Assembly: GCF_006345805.1 (NCBI RefSeq)
Contig: NW_021832965.1
Coordinates: 1 to 29,746, forward strand
Source of the DNA: Octopus sinensis
Taxonomy: Eukaryota
Direction of reading: 5' to 3'
Length of the DNA stretch: 29,746 bases
Shown here: positions 1-9,321 of the stretch, piece after piece
How the letters are laid out: each line of letters starts with the position of its first letter
How positions within the stretch are numbered: position 1 is the first letter of the stretch
The notes under the pieces: model-generated
Seen by the model: the letters and a program-made list of their open reading frames with translations, nothing else
Told to the model about the DNA's origin: nothing
The model's database searches: none
Translations under genes and position numbers: made by a program

Positions 1-677
1 CGACTTTGGAATCTTTGCAACTCTTCTGGATAGTCTTCTTGTTGAAGTTGGTGAATGCTGCCATAATCCTTGTCTTCGGGTCATCTTTGGTGTTACAAGG
101 AGTTTGGTTGGTTTCTCGCTCGACTGCGCCCCACACATAATAATTAAGTGAGTTGCTGTTTGGGGACTGAGATGGCCAGATTTTAGGGGTGATATGGTTC
201 CAGAAATTGTCTGACATCCATGATTGGATCCTCCTGCTTGTGTGGCATTGTGCAGATTCCTGTTGCTAGACATAGGGTCTTTCAGTAGTCATCCTCTTGA
301 CCCAGAGCAGCACTACCTCCTCCAGGAACTTGATGTAGGCCTCTGTGTTGAGTGTGAGGCCATGTGGGAAGATGAATGGAAGCATAACGTCGCCGTCACT
401 AGTGATCACTCCAAACATATAGGAAGTTGACTGGATGTTTGATTTTTTATCACTCCCGGTACATGCGCTGTCCTAAGATTGACATCTAAACACTCTGAAA
501 CGTTCGTAGTGGACCTTCCGGCGCGAATGCCAAGCAGTACAGCATGTCGTTTCTAAATATCTGGCAGAGTGAATTACATCATTTTACTGACCCTACTATA
601 CTGTGTAGTCGACAAATACAATGGGGATGCGCGAAATTAAAAATATAAAAATGTGTCAATTTACCCATCACACCCTG
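1..677 (-). mobile_element. Tc1/mariner DD37D (maT-type) transposon fossil, internally deleted, runs off the left window edge
   Basis: Minus-strand translation gives M(582)M*FTLPDI*KRHAVLLGIRAGRSTTNVSECLDVNLRTA (HTH-like N-terminus) joined at ~463 to VPGVIK..MFGVITSDGDVMLPFIFPHGLTLNTEAYIKFLEEVVLLWVKRMTTERPYV*QQESAQCHTSRRIQSWMSDNFWNHITPKIWPSQSPNSNSLNYYVWGAVERETNQTPCNTKDD. This matches QQDxAPxH...WPPNSPDLNPLDY with 37 residues between the 2nd and 3rd catalytic positions (here mutated to E and N). A TIR-like CAGGGTGTGATGGGTAAATTG begins at 677. Confidence 0.85.
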
Positions 678-1009
678 CATGTATGCATGTATACATACAC
701 CCGAAAGGTGCGTAGGTACAAGCGAAGAATGATGCAAATGATTGTATAATAAAATATGGCTGTTCAAATCAACGTTCTCCTGATCTTCATTTATTTCATT
801 ATTTTCTCTACGGACAATACGTAGTTCCCATAAGGACATTCATTATTATCAAGCTAGGATAAGAACCGGGTCTAGTAAATTTTCAATAACTTCAGTATCA
901 CCAAATTTCGCTGTGGATTGCCGGTATTGAGAACCAGTCTAAGAGTTAACTTAGTAACCACCAGAGTTATATATCCCCTGAAACTAGTTTTGGAAATTTT
1001 ACATTGATG

Positions 1010-1010
<1 letters not shown>

Positions 1011-1040
<30 letters not shown>

Positions 1041-1075
1041 TACATTATCATTTCTATATATATATATATATATAG

Positions 1076-1115
<40 letters not shown>

Positions 1116-1256
1116 ATATATATTATATAATATATATATATAATATATACCACACTATTACTATATATATATTCAGATATGTATGTGTGTGTATATATAT
1201 TTATATGTATGCATATATAATATATATATGTATATAGATATATATATGTATGACAG

Positions 1257-1297
<41 letters not shown>

Positions 1298-1386
1298 TAT
1301 ATAATATGTTGTGTGTGGTATACATGCATTATATAATACATATATATATATATATATTCTATATATATATATATATATATTGAAAG

Positions 1387-1441
<55 letters not shown>

Positions 1442-1545
1442 TATATATAGATTCAAATATATGTGTGCGTAGTCAGTGGAATATCTGTTTATATGCACAT
1501 GTGTGTTTGTGAGTGTGTGATATAATGTGTGTGTGTGTGCGTATT
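1011..1545. repeat. Compound (TA)n/(TG)n microsatellite
   Basis: Directly visible; explains the IY-repeat ORFs 872..1498 and 1183..1383. Confidence 0.97.
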
Positions 1546-2011
1546 TGTACGTAGGAGATACAAACTTAGATTTGGCTACAGTTCCAACAGAGTGATTTTA
1601 AAGATAAAAGTAGGAGATATATATGTTGACTTGTCGAGTTAAGAGGCAAAAAAATACACTCCAGCACTGTTCTTCGACCGACCTCGTTTCTATCTTATTA
1701 TATTTATATACATCGTGGTTATGAATGCATTTAAAATTTGAGTTGCACTTTGCGATTGAATTGTAGGCCGCTTCATGAAGGGTATCTTTTAAAATAAAAC
1801 TTTTTTCACTGAATTAGGCTACGGTAATCGTGGGGCACCGCTTTGGAAGAATTTTAGTGGAATGAATCGACTTTTCCTTTTAATATATATATATATATAT
1901 TTATGCATACATTTGTTCTTTTTTGTGTTTTTTTTTTCAAAATGTAACCACATGTGAATCGGCGATTTTTTTTCTCCGTCTTGCGCTTATTCTTTCTTTT
2001 CTGGATTTACT

Positions 2012-2043
<32 letters not shown>

Positions 2044-2137
2044 ATATATAATATATATAATAAATATTAGGAATAAATCCAAATTTACAGGGAAAAATCA
2101 GATTTAGGATTAAATCGATTTTATAGTAAAATATTAT

Positions 2138-2292
2138 AAAATATTATTAGAGACAAAACCACTATTTTGCAAAACAAACAAGGAAAGACTAATCAATACA
2201 TAAAATTTTAATAAATATTTATTAAAATTTTATGTATTGATTAAGTCTTCTTGTTTGTTTTGCAAAATAGTGGTTTTGTCTCTATAATATTT
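2138..2292. repeat. Near-perfect ~155-bp palindrome (foldback), probably the collapsed ends of a Penelope-type inverted LTR
   Basis: tagagacaaaaccactattttgcaaaacaaacaagg...aataaat|atttatt...cttgtttgttttgcaaaatagtggttttgtctcta, centre 2216/2217. The end motif tagagacaaaaccac resembles tagagataaaaccac at 5101, which lies downstream of a minus-strand hammerhead motif. Confidence 0.85.
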
Positions 2293-2323
<31 letters not shown>

Positions 2324-2367
2324 TATATATATATACTTTATTTAAAGCAGCAGAAAATTCACAAAAT

Positions 2368-2405
2368 CTGTTACTCTGGGTTTCTTGTTGCCGTTCATCA
2401 GACAG
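2368..2405 (-). ncRNA. Type I hammerhead ribozyme motif (degenerate)
   Basis: Minus strand reads ctgt-CTGATGA-acg gcaa caa-GAA-acc cag agt-A-acag: stem I is perfect, the core is intact, stems II and III carry mismatches. Confidence 0.6.
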
Positions 2406-2451
2406 TTTTGCTAGAATGGAATCGATATATCGGTTCCATTCTAGTAGAAAA

Positions 2452-2488
2452 ACGTCTGATGAACGGCAAGCGAAACTCAGAGTAACAG
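2452..2488 (+). ncRNA. Type I hammerhead ribozyme motif (degenerate)
   Basis: acgt-CTGATGA(2456-2462)-acggcaagc-GAA-act cag agt-A-acag: stem III is perfect with a GUA triplet (2482-2484); stems I and II are partly decayed. Confidence 0.6.
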
Positions 2489-2704
2489 ATTTTGTTGAAT
2501 TTTAGTGCTGCTTTAAATAAGCATATTACTTCTACCATGGTATTGGGTACTTTTTTTTTCCACTTGTTTCACATTTATGTGTTTTACTCCGGTATATATT
2601 AATATATATACTGTTGGTCTGGGGAGAGTCATTTTCTTTGGGTGCCATATAATTTAACACACTCACCAGTAAAATTTCTACTAATTTCTATTTTATTTTT
2701 CTAA

Positions 2705-2768
2705 AAGTTTCGTTGCATCTTGCAAACTTTTCAAACAATTGAAAAGGTTGCAAGACGCAACGAAAATT
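2705..2768. repeat. Small palindrome with paired hammerhead-like motifs
   Basis: tttcgttgcatcttgcaaacttttcaa-ac-aattgaaaaggttgcaagacgcaacgaaa. Each arm reads tgaaaag-(g/t)ttgc-aaga(c/t)-gcaac-GAAA, so stem II and GAAA are present but the core deviates from CUGANGA. Confidence 0.6.
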
Positions 2769-3131
2769 TGACTGCGGCCATACTGGAGCACCGCCTTGAA
2801 GGGTTTTAGTCGAACAAATCGACCCACAGGACTTATTTTTTCAGCCCAATATTTATCCCATCGGTGTCTTTCGTGCAACCGCAAAGATACGGTGAAGTAA
2901 ACACACCAAAATCGTGTTTGGGGAGGGGGCAAGCACAGGCGCAAAGATCTATATATACACACACATACATACGACAGGCTTCTTTCAGTTTCCGTCTATC
3001 AGATCCATTCGCAAGTCTTCGGTCGGCCCGACACAAAAATAGAAGACACTAGCCCAAGATGCCACGCAGTGGTACTCAACTCTGGATCATGTGTAGTTAG
3101 GAAGCAAGCTTCTTACTGCACAGCCACACCT
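2767..3131 (-). mobile_element. tRNA-derived SINE family A (octopus OR-like), near full length
   Basis: Reverse strand: A-box-like tggctgtgcagtaag, B-box region, ttgggctagtgtcttct core, ggaaactgaaagaagcc, internal (TG/TA)n and a tail ending ggtgctccagtatggccgcagtcaaa; homologous to the copies at 6301 and 16206. Confidence 0.9.
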
Positions 3132-3160
3132 ATATATATATATATACATATACATACATT

Positions 3161-3194
<34 letters not shown>

Positions 3195-3340
3195 CATATA
3201 CACGCACATATATATATATATATGTATGTATATATGTGTATATATATATATATATATACATATACATACATACCCACACACACATACACACACACACACA
3301 CACATATATATATATGTGTGTGTGTGTGTGTGTATATATA
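3131..3340. repeat. (TA)n/(CA)n/(TG)n microsatellite
   Basis: Directly visible. Confidence 0.95.
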
Positions 3341-3634
3341 GCCAGTTCTTATATCCATTTGAGGATTTCTCCCAGGCTTTAATCCATCATTTTCCTGTTT
3401 GGCCCCCAAAGCTATATTTATTTATTGTCTTCGTCTATCGTTTCAAATTAGCGTTGTTTACTTTTGTACGTCCACCATTTTGTACGTTTGCTCGAACACA
3501 AATACTCCGCAAATCTTGCGGGTGCCGCTGATATAAGAAGTCCCTAGTCTTATCGTTAAAGGCTTGAAAGTAGGTATTTGATGAAGTATTAGGGTTCTGG
3601 TGCACCTTTTGTAGTATTTAATGCCATTTTCATT

Positions 3635-3635
<1 letters not shown>

Positions 3636-3671
<36 letters not shown>

Positions 3672-3674
3672 AAT

Positions 3675-3705
<31 letters not shown>

Positions 3706-3862
3706 ACACACATACACACACACACATATATATATAAAGGATTAAAAAAACCTCGGCATGACAAGCTTATGATATCATTTTAAATATTTCAATTAAAGTA
3801 AAGGTATGCATGCATGTTTTATGTATGTATGTATGTATGTATGTATGTATGTATGTATGTAT
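3636..3862. repeat. (CA)n array (3636-3725) and (ATGT)n array (~3820-3862)
   Basis: Directly visible. Confidence 0.9.
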
Positions 3863-4245
3863 ATTTGCATATGTCAGCTAGAATCTTAAGTATTTTTGGA
3901 CAAAATCTTACTGTAAAATGGTCCACCGTTGACACTTTCAGCGGTTGAATCATTGTCGACAGCATTGTTCGGTATGCGTTTGAACTCAGTAAATAATCTC
4001 TATTTAAAAGAACGTATTACTATATTAAAGCAATTCTATTCTTATTTGTGAAAATAGCACTTAATGTTAAGTGTTGTATTAATAGAAAAACATGTCCATT
4101 AAATTGAAATTACTAAGCGACTCTCACCCATCGTATATCACGCGAAGCAACAATGAACCAAGTCTTTTCGAGCTGAGTTATTAACCAATGTACATCGAGC
4201 TTTAATAGCCCAGCCAAGATAACGAATAAGAATTAATCTAAATAT

Positions 4246-4406
4246 GCGCAGGCGTGGCTGTGTTGTAAGAAGTTTGCTTCCCAAATTCATTGTTTCAGGT
4301 TCAGTTCCTTTGCGGGGAAGCTGGTGAAAATTTCTTCTAGTATAGTTCCGGACCAAGAAAAAAGACTTGTAAATAGATTTGGTAGACGAAAACAGAAAGA
4401 AGCCCG

Positions 4407-4408
<2 letters not shown>
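4246..4408 (+). mobile_element. SINE family A, 5' half
   Basis: gcgcaggcgtggctgtgttgtaagaagtttgcttccc...ggttcagttcc...tttggtagacgaaaacagaaagaagcccg, followed by (TA)n. Confidence 0.85.
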
Positions 4409-4465
<57 letters not shown>

Positions 4466-4721
4466 AGTTGTAAGCTGTCAAATTCATGTGACATTCCCAT
4501 GAAGGGAATAATACTACTGCTATTTAGCCCTAGGAAGCAGCACCGCTTCATGCCAGCCTTGACACATTTCCTATGTCCTTATGTTTACAAGGGGGAGATA
4601 AGCACCTCTACCCAGCTAAGCCAGCACCAGAGACTAGTTTCTGAGTCATTGCTCGTCCTTAGTCTGGAGTATCATGGCTTGTGTGTGTATACAAGAGTTA
4701 AAGAATGGAAAAGGTAACACC

Positions 4722-4807
4722 CGGGTTACATATGTTTCAAAGCGAGTGGAAACTCGGAAGTAGTAAACATCCTGGCGAGGTGTATACCCCAGGGTACTCG
4801 TCAGGCC
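4722..4807 (-). ncRNA. Type I hammerhead ribozyme motif with extended stem II
   Basis: Minus strand reads ggc-CTGACGA-gtacc...gcttt-GAAA-CATATG-TA-accc: the core, GAAA and GUA triplet are intact; stems I and II have mismatches. Confidence 0.65.
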
Positions 4808-4957
4808 GAGGGTATCTTGATTAAATGAAGTTTACATTGTTGTAAGACGGTACATGTTAACACACGGGCGATTAGATCACACATTCTGATCGAATAGTCC
4901 GTGTGTTGACATTACCTCTTTACGACAATGGAAACTTCATTTAATCAAGATACCCTC

Positions 4958-5041
4958 GGCCTGACGAGTAGCCTGCAATATACATTTCGCTTGGATGTTT
5001 ACCACTTCTGATGCTGCACTCGCTATGAGACATATGCAGCC
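4958..5041 (+). ncRNA. Type I hammerhead ribozyme motif with extended stem II (core mutated)
   Basis: ggc-CTGACGA(4961-4967)-GTAGC...GCTAT-GAGA-CATATG-CA-gcc: stems I and II are intact, but GAAA is changed to GAGA and GUA to GCA. Confidence 0.6.
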
Positions 5042-5100
5042 CGGATCTTATCTACTCCATTCCTTAACTCTTGTATTTTATCTGTACATATAATATAAAT

Positions 5101-5346
5101 TAGAGATAAAACCACCGTTATGCAACTCAAACAGTAATACACATAAACCAAAACATAAATAACAAATAAAAGATATTTTTATAAAACATATAACTAGATA
5201 TCAAAAAGTATAAAAATAAATAGTCAATATATAATAAGTAAAAAAAACTACGTACGTTTCATGGCCACGATTAAATTCGAATTACAATTAAATTTAAATT
5301 TAATTGAAATAAATTCAATTTAAAATTATAGCTAATGTTCAGGTTA
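5101..5346 (-). mobile_element. Penelope-type pseudo-LTR fragment with a degenerate hammerhead (5243-5346)
   Basis: Minus strand reads aac-CTGAACA-[long AT-rich hairpin containing the perfect palindrome aattaaatttaaatttaatt]-tggccat-GAAA-CGTACG-TA-gtt, then an AT-rich tail ending gtggttttatctcta at 5101. Confidence 0.55.
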
Positions 5347-5532
5347 ACAATAATAGTTAAATAAATAAGCAAATAGAGTTAATATTTATTTAAAAAATAA
5401 GTAAAATAATATTTTTTCTTATACAAGAAACTCTATTAACTAAATTTGAAACTTAAAACATTAGGAATATTTCCTACAACACATTTATTATGTTGAATAT
5501 TGATGTGAATTCGTGTGTTGAAGTAGATATTG

Positions 5533-6246
5533 TTGTATTTGGGGACGGTCATGTTGCCAGTTTAGCCAATAAAACACACGCACTATATATTTTAACTTCT
5601 ATGTTGTTGAGTGAGCCTCCGAGTTCCTGCTCGGCGTAAAATCTTGTCCACACATAGAACAGACGCAATGCTTAAACAAATTACGGAAGCTACACATCTA
5701 ACAGAAGATAAACCTAGCCTGAATAGAAATCTAGAATGGAACACTAGCGCACACACCCCAGCACACCACAACCTACGCCAGAATATGATCCCCATAAACT
5801 GATAAGAATATGAATATAATACAATTCACAGATAAATAAATGGAATTAACTATATACATAAACAAATTAAATTGAATTGACTTAATACAAAAAAACATAG
5901 AAAGAAAAGTAAAAGTAAATAGATATAAGCAATTGAATAAAATAAATTAAATTAAATGAACGTGTATAAACAGAAGATACTGATAATGCAGGTACACTCC
6001 TCCCACACACTTACTAAACATAGATACATAAAACAGGAATACAAAATGCCAGATCATTAGTAAGGAGGGACAAACATAAAAGAAAGAAATGAAAGGACCA
6101 CTGATGAAGTCACAGAAGTGTGACGAAAGAACTCTGGCCGAAATACAATTAATATAAAATAAAGCTGAAGCAATTGAACGCCAAATATACAGTGCGTGTG
6201 ACTTTATTGGCTAAACTGGCAACATAACCATCCCCAAATACAATAT
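5533..6246 (+). mobile_element. 5'-truncated Penelope-like element: inverted LTR piece, GIY-YIG C-terminal remnant, pLTR with hammerhead
   Basis: 5533-5591 is the reverse complement of 6183-6246. 5635-5742 encodes RKILSTHRTDAMLKQITEATHLTEDKPSLNRNLEWN, resembling the R/QxxEAxxI...PxLN...EW end of PLE GIY-YIG endonucleases. There is a hammerhead motif at 6095-6139. Confidence 0.75.
6095..6139 (+). ncRNA. Minimal type I hammerhead ribozyme (PLE type)
   Basis: ggacca-CTGATGA(6101-6107)-A-gtcac agaagt gtgac-GAAA(6125-6128)-gaac-TC-tggcc: the core is intact, stem II is a perfect 5 bp, stem III is very short and the cleavage triplet is CUC. Confidence 0.7.
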
Positions 6247-6668
6247 ATAGTAGAAGATACTTGCCCAAGGTGCCACGCAATGGGACTCAACCACACGTTT
6301 CCGGGTTCAGTCCCACTGCGTGGCACCTTCGGAAAGTGTCTTCTTCTATAGCTTCGGGCCGACCAAAGTCTTGTGAGTGGATTTGATAGGCGGAAACTGA
6401 AAGAAGCCCGCCGTATATATGTATATGTATATGTATATATATGTGTGTGTGTGTGTATGTTTGTGTGTCAGTGTTTGTCCCCGCAACATCGCTTGTCAAC
6501 CGATGCTGGTGTGTTTACGTCCCTGTAAATTAGCGGTTCGGCAAAAGAGACGGATAGAATAAGTACTAGGCTTACAAAGAATAAGTCCTGGGGTCGATTT
6601 GCTCGACTAAAGGCGGTGCTCAAGCATGACCACAGTCAAATGACTGAAACAAGTAAATGAGTAAAAGA
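6246..6668 (+). mobile_element. SINE family A with an inverted duplication of its 5' part
   Basis: 6301-6668 is a typical copy through the gagtaaaa tail; 6246-6292 is the reverse complement of 6304-6351. Confidence 0.9.
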
Positions 6669-6670
6669 GA

Positions 6671-6983
<313 letters not shown>

Positions 6984-7194
6984 ATCGCTCCACCACCGTA
7001 CATATCTCTATGAGATATTTAGAAATTTAATATTTCTGATATATATATATATATACACACACACACAGAAAAAACATACGTAAACTGGTACAAACACACA
7101 CAGGCATGTATGCTTCTACAAGTGTGTTTGGCTGCCCGCGCATACGCGTGTTAGCGCGTGTCCTTGCGCTTATGTTTGCTTCCAATATGAATGA

Positions 7195-7238
<44 letters not shown>

Positions 7239-7664
7239 TATATATGATGTGGGAGAATATTTACTGTCTGTGCCTATATGTGCGTGTGTGTATTTGTGTG
7301 CGTGTGTGTGTGTGTGCATGTGACTGTTTTGTCGCTTTTGAACACAAACAAAATGATTGTTAAGACCAGTCACTTGCTTAGCAAAGAAGTATAACTGACC
7401 TCCATTTCCGGGTCACTGCTTTAATAAGCAAAACACACACACATACACAGACACTGCCTTCACACAAACATATATACAATGCACGAAAACGGACACAGAC
7501 GCACGCACGCACGCACGGACACACAAGAGGGACGTGATGACCGTGTAGATAACATTATTACTACAGGGTGCGCCACTCTATTCCACTTTAATGCTTTGTC
7601 TTCTATTTCTTTTCATGTTGCACCGATATCTAATTGGATAGATCGATTTAGCTGAACCAACGTT

Positions 7665-7838
7665 ACACACACACAGACACACCACACATGCACACACAAA
7701 CACACACACACACATAGACACACACACTCAAACACACACACATACACACACACACACTCAACACACACACATACACACACACACACTCAAACACACACAC
7801 GTGTATATATGTAGGTATGGGTATATATATATGTATAT

Positions 7839-7936
<98 letters not shown>

Positions 7937-8062
7937 GACATATATATATGTTGTGTCAGTACAACCACGGCTAACTAAATGAGGCTGCTAAGTGACTAAA
8001 TCAGTGTGAATAAGTGTGAATCTACACACACCATACCACACTCACACACACACACACACACA

Positions 8063-8094
<32 letters not shown>

Positions 8095-8115
8095 TATATT
8101 ATATATATATATATA
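7665..8115. repeat. Compound (CA)n/(TA)n microsatellite
   Basis: Directly visible. Confidence 0.95.
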
Positions 8116-8118
8116 TGT

Positions 8119-8265
8119 GCGCAGGCGCAGTTGTGCTTTCCAGTCACACGTTTCCGGGGATCAGCCCGCTGCGTAGTACATTTGTCAAGTGGCTTTTACT
8201 ATAGCCGCGGACCGATCAAAGCTTTGTAAGTGGATTTAGGAGACGGAAACTGAGAGAAGCCCACG
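8119..8265 (+). mobile_element. SINE family A, decayed 5' half
   Basis: gcgcaggcg...tttccgggatcag...actatagccgcggaccgatcaaagctttgtaagtggatttaggagacggaaactgagagaagccc. Confidence 0.8.
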
Positions 8266-8270
8266 CCCCC

Positions 8271-8487
8271 TACTCAGTTCAGGATCACAACACATGAATA
8301 CACTGCAACACAATTTCTTTTCCTCAACAGGCTCTCTCCTATTTAACATTATCCCAAAACGGATCAAAGAGGAAAAAGATCCCATCACCTTTAAACGGAA
8401 TCTGGACAAATTTCTTCAAGGAATAACATATAAGCCGCCTATGCCTGGATAACTTACTCAACAAGAACTCCCGGCTCTAATGGGCTA
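8271..8487 (+). mobile_element. CR1-like LINE ORF2 C-terminal fossil fragment
   Basis: Translates SQHMNTLQHNFFSSTGSLLFNIIPKRIKEEKDPITFKRNLDKFLQGITYKPPMPG* and, after a frameshift, LNKNSRL*W. This is the typical CR1/L2-group ending (LFNxLP..FKxxLDxFL..PDxP.GY...NS). Confidence 0.75.
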
Positions 8488-8504
8488 TAATATCACAAAA
8501 CTTT

Positions 8505-8850
8505 ACTTTTGGCCAAGGAAAACTTCTTTTCCAGCTGGCTACCGACACTTTTAAAGCGACACACAGTCACTAATCTCGTGAAGAGAAAAATTACTAGTTT
8601 TAAATCTCTGGGCGAGAGATCGGCAGCTGTGTTTCTCTTTAAAAGTATATATTGTGAGCAAGAGTGAGTGGCTGCTATCTTTAGCCTGCGGTTGTACTGT
8701 ACCGACGAAGGGAAATTATCCAGAATCCATTGGTCTACAGGTATCTCTACCGCTAGAACGGGAGTAGTAGACTCCCTTGCTCACAGTATACGGACACAAA
8801 TGGTGTGTTGGTAGCCTGCTGGAAAAGATGTTTTCCTAGGCCTAAAAAGT
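8505..8850. mobile_element. Inverted-repeat-bounded element enclosing a long hairpin capped by a degenerate hammerhead
   Basis: 8505-8548 is approximately the reverse complement of 8805-8850. An inner stem pairs tatattgtgagcaag (~8647-8661) with cttgctcacagtata (8776-8790). The hammerhead-like head lies at 8697-8740. Confidence 0.7.
8697..8740 (+). ncRNA. Type I hammerhead ribozyme motif (three substitutions)
   Basis: ctgta-CCGACGA-A-ggga aatta tcca-GAAT-cca t tgg-TC-tacag: stems I and III are perfect and the triplet is GUC; deviations are U4>C, GAAA>GAAT and one stem II mismatch. Confidence 0.6.
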
Positions 8851-9011
8851 AGTAACATCGTCCTACGTCTCTTGAGGTCTCTGGGTGAAACTTAGAGCCA
8901 GCTTGTGCAAAGGTAAAGCAAAAGTCAAACATAGAATAATAATAATAATAATGATAACAACAACAACAACAACAATAATAACAATAACAATAATAATAAT
9001 AATAATAATAA

Positions 9012-9160
9012 CATCGAAAAATACCTTAGGATGAGAACCAAGGTTCGAAATTTCCCCAAGACACTTCATGAAGGCTGGAGGGTATATCAGCCGAAACGTT
9101 GTGCTAACAACAAACAAGACGAGGACAAATATCTGTCAAATGTAAACAATGTAAATAAAG
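9012..9160 (+). mobile_element. Penelope-type pseudo-LTR fragment with a mutated minimal hammerhead (9060-9105), preceded by (AAT/AAC)n
   Basis: gacac-TTCATGA-A-ggctg gagggtatat cagcc-GAAA-cg-TT-gtgct: stem II is perfect; the core CTGATGA carries two substitutions. Confidence 0.6.
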
Positions 9161-9321
9161 TAATATGGGTGTATAAAGGTTGAATGTGGATTCGTCCTTT
9201 AATCTGGAGGTTTTCCAAAAAGATTTCTAATGTTGATTCTTCATACTTTGCTGGGTATTTAGAGGCATAAATTTGCGAAGATATGAAAGTAGTATTTGTG
9301 TATATATATATATATATATAT

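Larger units (their letters stand above)
2338..2600. mobile_element. Foldback element with two head-to-head hammerhead motifs (Penelope-like LTR derivative)
   Basis: Arms 2338-2427 and 2428-2520 are reverse complements (centre cgatatatcg, 2423-2432), each arm carries CTGATGA...GAAAC, and the right arm has an unpaired extension to ~2600. Confidence 0.75.
4463..5075. mobile_element. Foldback element: terminal arm (4463-4537) plus a 386-bp palindrome (4690-5075) with two head-to-head hammerhead motifs
   Basis: 4690-4868 and ~4898-5075 are reverse complements around a short spacer. The arm at 4463-4537 is clearly homologous to the foldback arm at 6802-6875 (...gctRtttagcccYaggaag). Confidence 0.8.

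Noticed and set aside
872-1498. 208-aa ORF and the many other IY/CV/HT/YLSI-repeat ORFs across the window
   Set aside because: These are translations of (TA)n, (TG)n and (TATC)n microsatellites.
7562-7600. tacagggtg as a Tc1/mariner TIR start
   Set aside because: No matching inverted end or transposase remnant was found.
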